A stretch of 64,000 bases of DNA, taken from assembly GCA_027334165.1 (NCBI GenBank), contig DAHWXM010000014.1:9437-73436 (forward strand), given 5' to 3'. Origin of the DNA: Candidatus Micrarchaeota archaeon (lineage in GTDB: Archaea > Micrarchaeota > Micrarchaeia > Micrarchaeales > CABMGC01). Below are positions 25,287 through 33,286 of the stretch, piece by piece; position 1 is the stretch's first letter, and each line of letters opens with the position of its first letter. A program made the position numbers and the translations under genes. The notes below the pieces were generated by a model. That model was not told the DNA's origin. It saw nothing but the letters and a program-made list of their open reading frames with translations, and ran no database searches.

Positions 25287-28118
25287 ATGGTGGCGTACTT
25301 TGAGGGTGGGGTTAGTGGAGAGGCAGTGGATGGGGCTGGAGAGCGTGCTGGCACCGTCATCTGGGCGATAGGCGAACTCGGTGGCGGGACCGCATACTTC
25401 AGCCAGAGCAACATGGTCGGGCTGTATCGTGAGCTGCGGAAGAGCATGAAGAATGGCACGGTTCCCGACCACATAATCTTCGATGGGGAGGCCCTGCCGA
25501 AGATACCGAATTACATAACGAGGGGAGGGCGCGCTGAGAGCCTGATGCTCGGCGAGTTCGTGAGCGACATGAGCGGCGCCGTTGTCTCGATGAGGCCGCA
25601 CCTCGGAAGGATCTCATCCATGATGGACGCCGCTGGGAAGCAGGACGCGATAACGTATGTCATGGGGGTCAGCGACAGGGAGAACGTCACGATAAAGTAC
25701 GATCTTACTGTGTACCTTTACAATCGCAGGCCGGACAGGCTGTTCGACCTCTTTCTGACCAACTCGGAGAAGGTGGCCGCAGAGCGGGACATTGTGCGCA
25801 GCACATCAAACACGATAATGCATGAGGAACAGCGCCTCGAGTCGATGGCTGGCGATGAGAAGCGATCCGGCATGGAAACGAGGCTTGTCGACCTGCGCAA
25901 GAAGAGGCAGATGCACGAGGAGATAGCCTCTGATTATAATTGGATAAGCGGCAGATACGTGCAGCTCATCCGCCTATGGTTCGATGAGCATTCCGACCTA
26001 GACATGCAGACGGTGTTCGAAAAATTCGGAAAACATTCCGAGAACGAGGCGTTCCTGAACCTGTACTTCGAGAGCCTGAGCGCGGAGCGTAGAGAGGAGA
26101 CGTTCGTTGCCGTGAAGTCAGAATTCGACGATCTGAATGCGAAACTGGAGGCGGAGAGGGCCTCGAAGGCGCCAAACGCACAGAAGATAGAGGAGATGGT
26201 TGAGCGCGTCAAGTTTCTCGCGAAGATGCTCACCAAGGTCGGGCACGAAGAGACCGAGGAGATATCGAAAACCGCCGGCAGGGAGCAGATGGAGACCGGC
26301 AGCGGGGCCAGCATCTTCAGGTTCGTCAACATGATGCCAGGCACGAAGTCCCTAAGCGTTCTCGCACAGGAACTCGCCATGGACGAGATGCAGGCTACGA
26401 TACGGGACGCGTTCGGCAGAAAGAGCAGAGTGAACATAGTCTCCGAAAGAACCGGTACCCTGGAAGTCAACGGCCTCAGGGCCCTTGTCACCTACGACCC
26501 GGTGGGATACTCGAAAGCCGTCAGAAAGGACAATTCATCCGGGGTGATGCACCTCATCAACGCAGCAGAGCAGCGGCTGGACCTGATAGTCAGCGGGCAC
26601 AGTTACAAGGCCTCTGAGGAAGCGCTGCCGTGGAGGAACCGCAGCAGCGACTACGTGTACAGCGTAACTCTTCCGCCGTTCGTAGACAGGGACAGGCTGC
26701 GGGAGGCGTGGAACACAGGGCACAAGACGGCCTTCGTCAGCGCCTTCGGCAACATGCCGGTGACCTCCGGCTTCTACAAGATAACGCACGACGGTTACGG
26801 TTTCCGAACCGAGTTCTTCACGTCCGAGTACATGCGCATGGCCGCGGGGAAGGAGATGCAGCGGCAGGCCAGAATGCTTTCCGCAAAACTTGCGCGGGTT
26901 AAGCCGATAGGCATAAGCGAGCGCAGCATAGACGAGGGCGACAGGGCGCAGCTCGCCTCCAAGCTCCCGTCAGAGCTGAACAACAGGCTGCTGAACATAC
27001 TGCTGCTCACGAACGGCATAGATCCATCGGATCCTGAGGCCGTGTCGGAGCTCATCCGCAGCGCCAATGGCAACGGGGCGCCCAGCGCGATCCATCCGGA
27101 AGTGAACATCCTTTCCGGCAGGCTTGCCAGGCAGATGGGATACATTGACAGCAAGCTTCGCAGGATGAACTTCCTGGTGCTCACCGATACGCACGTGGGC
27201 AGCCCAGGCATGGGAGAACCCACGACACAAATCCTTGACGGAGTGGTCGACTACGTCGCGGGGCTGAAGGGCTTCGGGCCGTACAGCCTGCTGCTCCTTG
27301 GCGACAACATAGAGGGCAACCTGCGCAACCACAAGTACGAGGTCAACATGGAGAACAACCAGTCAAACGTGGAGTCCTTTGCACGCTTCCTGGAATCGAA
27401 GGGAGTACGCCGCGGCACGAAGGAGTACAGGGCTGGCATGGAGGAGTACATGGCGCTCATGTTCGAGAGGCAGGCGATACCTAACCCGGACATACAGGCG
27501 GAGAAGCTCATATCGATAATTAGGCCGCTGCTCAGGAGCGCTGAACTGGTGGCGACGGTGTCGGGAAACCACGTGAACAAGACGCACGATGACAGGAGCA
27601 TGGACGAGTCGATAAAGCTAGGGATGCTCATAGAGGCGATAGTCGGAGAGGGGAAGGTGCTGCGCGCGCCGGGAGGGGACTTTGGGCTTGGCACGTACAC
27701 CATAGACGGAAAGCCCTTCTTCCTGATACACAGACCGGGGAACCCGTACGGCCTGATAGACAGGACGGGCATCGTGGCCACGATGTTCGCGGGGGACGCG
27801 CACGTCTTCAGGAAGAACATCGTGGGCAATGTCTTCGAATTGACCAGCCCGTGCCTGCAGGGAAACAACTCCTACGCTGAAAGCATAGGCATAGGCGTCT
27901 CCAATTCGCTGCGCGGGATAACGCTCACGACGCTTGTGTTCGATGAGGAGCATGTGCATCCGGTAGTAAGCACCACGAAACTTGTTACCCTGAAGGAGCT
28001 GATCGAGAAGGGCTTCGTGAAGGAGGCAAGCGACAGGATAAAAGAATTCGAATCGCTCAAGAGAAACGTTACGGGCAAGTCGCGCAGGGTCAAGATGAAG
28101 CGTGTTGCGGGCGCCTGA
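25287..28118 (+). CDS. Large orphan protein with a C-terminal calcineurin-like metallophosphoesterase domain
   Basis: 943-aa ORF with a Shine-Dalgarno-like GGGAGGTG 3 nt before the ATG. C-terminal motifs: LTDTHVG, LLGDNIEGN, SGNHVNK, LIHRPG, FAGDAHV. The N-terminal half has degenerate counterparts plus a coiled coil. Confidence 0.7.
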   Translation: MVAYFEGGVSGEAVDGAGERAGTVIWAIGELGGGTAYFSQSNMVGLYRELRKSMKNGTVPDHIIFDGEALPKIPNYITRGGRAESLMLGEFVSDMSGAVVSMRPHLGRISSMMDAAGKQDAITYVMGVSDRENVTIKYDLTVYLYNRRPDRLFDLFLTNSEKVAAERDIVRSTSNTIMHEEQRLESMAGDEKRSGMETRLVDLRKKRQMHEEIASDYNWISGRYVQLIRLWFDEHSDLDMQTVFEKFGKHSENEAFLNLYFESLSAERREETFVAVKSEFDDLNAKLEAERASKAPNAQKIEEMVERVKFLAKMLTKVGHEETEEISKTAGREQMETGSGASIFRFVNMMPGTKSLSVLAQELAMDEMQATIRDAFGRKSRVNIVSERTGTLEVNGLRALVTYDPVGYSKAVRKDNSSGVMHLINAAEQRLDLIVSGHSYKASEEALPWRNRSSDYVYSVTLPPFVDRDRLREAWNTGHKTAFVSAFGNMPVTSGFYKITHDGYGFRTEFFTSEYMRMAAGKEMQRQARMLSAKLARVKPIGISERSIDEGDRAQLASKLPSELNNRLLNILLLTNGIDPSDPEAVSELIRSANGNGAPSAIHPEVNILSGRLARQMGYIDSKLRRMNFLVLTDTHVGSPGMGEPTTQILDGVVDYVAGLKGFGPYSLLLLGDNIEGNLRNHKYEVNMENNQSNVESFARFLESKGVRRGTKEYRAGMEEYMALMFERQAIPNPDIQAEKLISIIRPLLRSAELVATVSGNHVNKTHDDRSMDESIKLGMLIEAIVGEGKVLRAPGGDFGLGTYTIDGKPFFLIHRPGNPYGLIDRTGIVATMFAGDAHVFRKNIVGNVFELTSPCLQGNNSYAESIGIGVSNSLRGITLTTLVFDEEHVHPVVSTTKLVTLKELIEKGFVKEASDRIKEFESLKRNVTGKSRRVKMKRVAGA

Positions 28119-28507
28119 TCCGCCACTTTATAAATATGGGAATCGCTTAGCAAGGCGTATAAACCATGCAATACATTGTAGTATTGTAGTGCGTCGATCC
28201 CGTGAGTATGCTTGGCAGCCGCTTGATGCGTCGTACGAAATAGACGGGGTAACACCATACCATTTTAACTCCGTTAGCGTAGAAATGATCGCTATCCGTT
28301 GCCGTTATCTGAAAAATGCGCGGAAGATCAACTTCGAATAGCTCTGATTTTTTAACGAGTCGAGCACGGAATGCTCTGCGGGCGCATCCTGATAGGAAAT
28401 CATAATGCTTTGCGCGCGTCTATGCATGGTAATTTTGCGTCGGAAAATCCAAAGGGCCTTAACAAAACTTTTTAAGGTTTTATAATGTAAATATGTGAGT
28501 GAACCAA

Positions 28508-28924
28508 ATGGAAGAAACACCACAGACCACGATGTCGGTGGCGGTGGACATGCCGCAGGCAGGCAACAACACGGTGGTCATAGGAAAGCACACCTACGGG
28601 AACCTGTACTTCATAAGGAACAGGGAGCTGCTTTTTGACGAGGAGAAACTCACGAAGATGATGCTCAACGCGATAAGTGCAGGGAAGATGCACGTGATAG
28701 AGGTCATGAAGCACGCATTCAAGGGAGGCGGCTCCGGGGTCTCGGTCATAGTGCTGCTCCAGGAGAGCCACGCCACTATACACACGTGGCCCGAGGGAGA
28801 CTACGCCACTGTAGACATATACTCGTGCGGAGACGAGGCCGACCCGCAGAAGACCTTCGAGTACATAATAGGCAAGCTGAAGCCGAAGAGGATAGAGAGG
28901 TTCTACGCGGACAGGAGCATGTGA
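28508..28924 (+). CDS. speH: S-adenosylmethionine decarboxylase proenzyme (class 1, pyruvoyl)
   Basis: VLLQESHATIHTWPE (Glu-Ser self-cleavage site) and DIYSCG. ATG 28508 preferred over GTG 28499. Confidence 0.85.
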   Translation: MEETPQTTMSVAVDMPQAGNNTVVIGKHTYGNLYFIRNRELLFDEEKLTKMMLNAISAGKMHVIEVMKHAFKGGGSGVSVIVLLQESHATIHTWPEGDYATVDIYSCGDEADPQKTFEYIIGKLKPKRIERFYADRSM

Positions 28925-28934
28925 GGTTGTTGCA

Positions 28935-29795
28935 ATGGAGGGCGGATTATTCTTCATACCTGGTGGGGAGAAGCTCGGACGGTACGGCTTCACAGTGGAC
29001 AGGGTGTTCTTTACAGGAAAGACAAGGCTCCAGAACATGACCATAGCGCACTCGCCGGTCGTGGGCACGTTCCTCGCACTCGACAACATAGTGCAGTCCT
29101 CGGAGTACGACTACCACATCTACCACGAGTCGATAGTGCATCCCGCGATGATGCTTCTTGACAAGCCCAAGCGCGCCCTCATAATCGGGGGCGGTGAGGG
29201 AACCACCGCGGCAGAGATAATAAAGCACCCGGGAATAGAAGTGGATTTCGTTGAAATAGACAGGGACGTGCTTGAGAAATGCAGGAAGTACCTGCCTTAT
29301 TCGATGAAGAAGAAGGACAAGCGAGTAAAGCTCACTATAGGCGACGGCCTTAAATTCCTAGAGAATTCCAAGGGCAAGTACGACCTAATAATCAGCGATC
29401 TGACCGATGCATTCGGAAGCAGCATGCTTTCGCAGAGGCTTTACAGCAAGGAGTTCGCAAGGCTCGTGAGCAGCAAGCTCACGGACAATGGCGTTTACAT
29501 AACTATAGGCTCGGGATTCGAGAACGGTGTTCCAAAATACCTTCTCAGGCCGGAGTACCTCAAGGGGGTGTTCAAGGTTATAAGGCCCTTCAGCTTCTAC
29601 ATGCCCGCGTTCAAGGTGCAGATGTTCATGACCTTGGCGTCGAAGGGGCGCGACCCGCTGAAGATAAGCAGGGATGAGATAGCCGAAAGGATAAGGCCGA
29701 TAAAAAAGAATCTCAGATTCTACAACGAGAACACGCACTACGCGATATTCGATCCGAGCTACTTCAGCCTGATAGAAGACCCGACGATGTGGTGA
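28935..29795 (+). CDS. speE: Spermidine synthase (aminopropyltransferase)
   Basis: IIGGGEGTTAAE, VDFVEIDRDV and DLIISDLTD. Starts 10 nt after speH. Confidence 0.85.
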   Translation: MEGGLFFIPGGEKLGRYGFTVDRVFFTGKTRLQNMTIAHSPVVGTFLALDNIVQSSEYDYHIYHESIVHPAMMLLDKPKRALIIGGGEGTTAAEIIKHPGIEVDFVEIDRDVLEKCRKYLPYSMKKKDKRVKLTIGDGLKFLENSKGKYDLIISDLTDAFGSSMLSQRLYSKEFARLVSSKLTDNGVYITIGSGFENGVPKYLLRPEYLKGVFKVIRPFSFYMPAFKVQMFMTLASKGRDPLKISRDEIAERIRPIKKNLRFYNENTHYAIFDPSYFSLIEDPTMW

Positions 29796-29814
29796 CGTCG
29801 GCGCCCTTTGCCAT

Positions 29815-29905
29815 ATAACTATAGATAGTTATGAATGTCATAACTATCGCATGTTAAAAAACAGATAGGGCATCTGTTGCAAAAATATTAACGTTATGTT
29901 AATAT
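29815..29905. promoter_or_regulatory. Cluster of three inverted repeats upstream of the split AbiEi gene
   Basis: ATAACTAT-AG-ATAGTTAT (29815-29832), AACAGAT-AGGGC-ATCTGTT (29860-29878) and ATATTAAC-GTTAT-GTTAATAT (29885-29905). Confidence 0.4.
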
Positions 29906-29908
29906 ATC

Positions 29909-31006
29909 ATGAATTTAGCAAGTGAGGCTTTTGAGTACATTGAGGTTGCCAAACTGACCAACTTCGGTGTTATGAAGAGTCTTTTTAAGACTACGGAGAA
30001 CTCGCTCAGGGTTGTTATCAACAAACTTGTGCGGCAAGGCCGCATCTTGAATCCAACAAGAGGAGTTTATGTTGCCAAGAGTGCTGATCCGTTCTGGGTA
30101 GCAACGGCACTGTATCCAGGCTACATAACACTTTCCGCGGCATTGTATCTGCACAACCTAATAGATGAATATCCGTTTACGATATTCGTTGCTTCAGAAC
30201 GATATAGAAATCTGACATCCTCCCACGAATAAATTTGTGGGGTTCCTTTTTGCTCAAAGGCATACTCGGTTTGAAGGTTCAAGGTCGCAGAGCATCCTTG
30301 CGTTGCCTTTCTGGGCGTATCAGTGCTGCCCTTGAATGCATCTCTGTCTGCATTCAATCGGGATAAGTTCTTACTCAGCACCTTTGGATGAATGCTGGAA
30401 CATTCCCTACTGTGGATTTCGTGCCACAGCCCATTAACCTGACGCAAGTTGCGCTCAATTCTGGATACTCCGTCATGGATGTATTTCAGATATACGCAAC
30501 TGACATTGGTGATATTATGAAAGCAAACCATAAAGGCATTCGCATTCATCCCACGATTGAAAATCGTGGGCTTTCTGCTAGGTATTTTTGTAAGGCTTGG
30601 CGAGCATGAACTGCACTATTTCAGGGCTAAAAATTACCTAGGTGTGGAGGATAAAGGCGGATACAAGATAGCGTCAGTGGAAAAGTGCATATATGATTCA
30701 CTGTTGCACATGGATAAGGTAGATGCAAAAGCTATTATGAAGGCACTGTTCTACGCAAAACTTGACAGCAAACTGCTGTTGAAAATAAGTGCAGGAGAGG
30801 ACAATGCATTCTTCCAGAGGCTTGGATATCTGCTTTCCCTCCTTCCCCGGCCAAACGCCGAGCGAAAGGTGCTTCTGGCTTTCTGTGCAAAGAGAAAAAA
30901 GTCTAACACGTACCTTCAAGGAAGAAGTAAGGGAAAGTACGTAAAAGAGTGGATGATTGTGGACAATATATGCAAAGAGGTGTTGCTGTCATGGCTGCGA
31001 CAATAA
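29909..31006 (+). pseudogene. AbiEi-family (type IV TA antitoxin / wHTH regulator) gene split by an insertion
   Basis: ORFs 29909..30232 (wHTH N-terminal half) and 30557..31006 (C-terminal half) share one frame, separated by in-frame stops. Alignment to the intact paralogue 50345..50998 (..GRNRKLTVRGPFGTLEVHTH..) joins ..ERYRNLT to VRLGEHELHYF.. with few residues missing. Confidence 0.65.
30218..30589. mobile_element. Candidate miniature insertion of about 0.37 kb bounded by same-strand hairpins
   Basis: Left hairpin CCCACGAAT-AAA-TTTGTGGG (30222-30241). Right hairpin CCCACGATT-GAA-AATCGTGGG (30550-30570). No convincing ORF inside. Confidence 0.35.
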
Positions 31007-31671
31007 ACTTCAGCGTGGACGAATTGAGATCCTATGCCGCTTCTGCAGGACTGGGATTGCCAATGGTTGTAAAAGAAGCGTATCTGTTTGAACTGGCAGA
31101 TTTGCTAGACGAATACAAATTCGTGCTTAAGGGAGGGACCGCAATAAACAAGGTGTACCTTAAGGGACATCAGCGCTTTTCGGAAGATTTGGATTACGAC
31201 ACGAAATTGGATCGGGCAGAAGTGAGAAAGTTAATTACAGGAATAGGATGGGAGGTAAAGAGGGAGTACGTCATGGGCAGATCGATAGGCTTCCTGTTAG
31301 GATACGAATTCGAAGGCATCAGGGATTCGGTGAAAGTTGATTTTGCATTCACGATAAAAGGAACGCACGGACGAATGCAAATGTCATCGGATTTCCTGCC
31401 TATTTCCAAGCGCACGGAAGTGTATGGATTGAAGGAACTGATAGCCCAGAAGGAAGGGGTATTTGAGGATAGGAAGGAATGGAAAGACCTTTACGACCTC
31501 TACTGGCTGAGCCGATTGTATAAGGACGAGTTCATTATCCACAATCCGACAAAGTTCAGGGATGCGATAGGAAGCGTCAAGATGCCAAAGATAGCAAATG
31601 CATTTATCCCGGTGCAGAAAAGACCCAATTGGACAGAGCTTGTTGAGACGTTGCGTGCGCTTTGTGGTTAG
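30991..31671 (+). CDS. AbiEii/DUF1814-family nucleotidyltransferase (type IV TA toxin)
   Basis: FVLKGGTAINKVYLKGHQRFSEDLDYD NTase motif. ATG 30991 overlaps the end of the AbiEi reading frame. Confidence 0.75.
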   Translation: MAATINFSVDELRSYAASAGLGLPMVVKEAYLFELADLLDEYKFVLKGGTAINKVYLKGHQRFSEDLDYDTKLDRAEVRKLITGIGWEVKREYVMGRSIGFLLGYEFEGIRDSVKVDFAFTIKGTHGRMQMSSDFLPISKRTEVYGLKELIAQKEGVFEDRKEWKDLYDLYWLSRLYKDEFIIHNPTKFRDAIGSVKMPKIANAFIPVQKRPNWTELVETLRALCG

Positions 31672-31683
31672 GAAGTCATCCCA

Positions 31684-32268
31684 CTATTCCTCTTTTCTTA
31701 TGTGCTCCAGCGTCATCTCCAGGTTCTTCTTCAGGTCCGTTATGTCCTTGTTGTTCAGTATGACATAATCGGCCCGTTGTATGACGTGCAGCACGCCGTG
31801 CCTCTCCTCCGACTTCTGCGCGAGGAAGCCCTGCTTCTCTCTCTGCTCCAGCCACCTGAACTCCTTGAGGGTCTGCGGGTCCTCCGGCTTGTGCCTCTCC
31901 TTGAGTCTGTGGAAGCGCTCCAGCATGCCCGCGGAGAGCGCTATGATCGTTATCCCCTTCACCCTCTTCTGTATGTAATCGAGCTCGTAGGTGCTCCTTA
32001 TGCCCATTATCGCTATGTCCTTCGCCTTCGCCAGCTTCAGCTTCCTTAGCTTGGCCACCATGTACCTCGCGACAACGTCGTTGCCGTACTTCTCCCTCTG
32101 CATCCTTGAGAATTCGCGCACGTTCTCGTGTGTCATCGCCTCGCCGAGTTCACGCATCTTCTCGCGTATCAGGTCTCCCATCTCTATGACTACGAATCCG
32201 TCCTTGCCCAGCATGTCGGCAGCGGTGCTCTTCCCGGATCCCGGCAGCCCTACAACGCAAACTATCAA
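31684..32268 (-). CDS. P-loop nucleotide/nucleoside kinase-like protein (archaeal UPF0200-like)
   Basis: N-terminal Walker A VVGLPGSGKST. Size of about 190 aa and lid-like region resemble adenylate/dephospho-CoA-kinase-fold proteins. Confidence 0.6.
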   Translation of the reverse strand: MIVCVVGLPGSGKSTAADMLGKDGFVVIEMGDLIREKMRELGEAMTHENVREFSRMQREKYGNDVVARYMVAKLRKLKLAKAKDIAIMGIRSTYELDYIQKRVKGITIIALSAGMLERFHRLKERHKPEDPQTLKEFRWLEQREKQGFLAQKSEERHGVLHVIQRADYVILNNKDITDLKKNLEMTLEHIRKEE

Positions 32269-32304
32269 ATGATCATCCCAATCCCACTCATGAATGCAAC
32301 CGCA

Positions 32305-32634
32305 TTACCTTATTGTGCTTCCGGCGGGCATCTCCTTGTCAGGCATGAGCAGCGAAACGGACGTGCCGTCATCAGCGGCGAGCAGCATGCCTTGCGATTC
32401 GACTCCCGCTATCATCTTAGGCTCGAGGTTCGCCACGCACACGACCCTTCTCCCAACAAGCTGCTCCTTTGTATAAATGTCCCCTATGCCCGCGACTATC
32501 AGGCGCTTCCCGGCCTCGGGACCGAGGTCCACCGTGAGCTTGTACATAGGCTTCCTGGCGCCCTCATGCACCTCCACACCCTCTATGACTCCTACGCGAA
32601 GCCCGAGCGCCTTGAGGTCGTCTATGCTGGCCAT
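32305..32634 (-). CDS. tRNA-binding domain protein (Trbp111/CsaA/EMAP-like)
   Basis: LRVGVIEGVEVHEGARKPMYKLTVDLG ... VCVANLEPKMIAGVESQGMLLAA is an OB-fold tRNA-binding signature. Confidence 0.8.
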   Translation of the reverse strand: MASIDDLKALGLRVGVIEGVEVHEGARKPMYKLTVDLGPEAGKRLIVAGIGDIYTKEQLVGRRVVCVANLEPKMIAGVESQGMLLAADDGTSVSLLMPDKEMPAGSTIR

Positions 32635-32683
32635 GTCTTAGTATAGCCACGCAAGCATTATATAAACAGCACTGGCGGCTCGG

Positions 32684-33040
32684 CTACTTGTTTGCGGCAC
32701 CAGTATCAAAAGCGGCAACAACACCGAAACTTATCAGGGAAGCCGTAACTACATAGACCGTTTCCATTACGAAAAAGTTTTGCCCCGCAAGCAGACCGTA
32801 TTGGGGCGATGTGATCATGAATAGCGTAGCGCAGACCACGCCCGCCGCCGCGCCGATGATCCGCATTTTTACCTTCTTTGCCAAGACATACGCGGATACG
32901 GAAGCGGAAACCAGCACTGGCACAAGCGGCATCGCAACCGTGATACCGCCGATCAGCGACATTTCATACAGCACCAATTGCAGGGCAATTCCTGCAGTAA
33001 TTCCGGATATTATGCCCTTTGCCATGTTATTTTTGTTCAT
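32684..33040 (-). CDS. Small membrane protein (about 4 TM)
   Basis: Hydrophobic ORF. Start set at ATG 33040 (MNKNNMAKG); the ORF track extends to 33142. Confidence 0.45.
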   Translation of the reverse strand: MNKNNMAKGIISGITAGIALQLVLYEMSLIGGITVAMPLVPVLVSASVSAYVLAKKVKMRIIGAAAGVVCATLFMITSPQYGLLAGQNFFVMETVYVVTASLISFGVVAAFDTGAANK

Positions 33041-33286
33041 TGAACCACGTTTGCTGCAGGCGGGATCTTCCTGCCCGAATGTCCAGCCCACGGATATGAG
33101 TGGCCAAGAGTATATAAACCATAGGCTCCAATCCGCGGGCACTTAGTGCCGAACCGCGCGTTTTCACGCGACTCGACAAATGTCTAATTCCTTCTGATCT
33201 TTGGACGCGGTAAAGTGCCCCACGACATCGCATTGCAAGGATTTATTAAATTTAACGCCGCAGTCATATCTGCCCGGCGGAGGTGC

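Noticed and set aside
28284-28345. Possible C/D-box sRNA (AATGATC ... CTGA ... AGATCA ... CTGA followed by TTTTTT).
   Set aside because: The C and C' boxes are imperfect. The C-to-D' spacing is 18 nt rather than the approximately 12 nt typical of archaeal C/D sRNAs.
30121-30549. 142-aa minus-strand ORF inside the AbiEi insert, considered as a possible transposase or integrase.
   Set aside because: No recombinase, DDE, HUH or TnpB motif was recognised. The ORF extends out of the insert into the AbiEi coding sequence, so it is probably fortuitous.
31674-31686. TCATCCCAC after the AbiEii stop, considered as a further copy of the hairpin family.
   Set aside because: Only the 9-mer matches. There is no complementary GTGGG arm or CGTGGGCTT nearby, and it overlaps the stop region of the convergent kinase gene.
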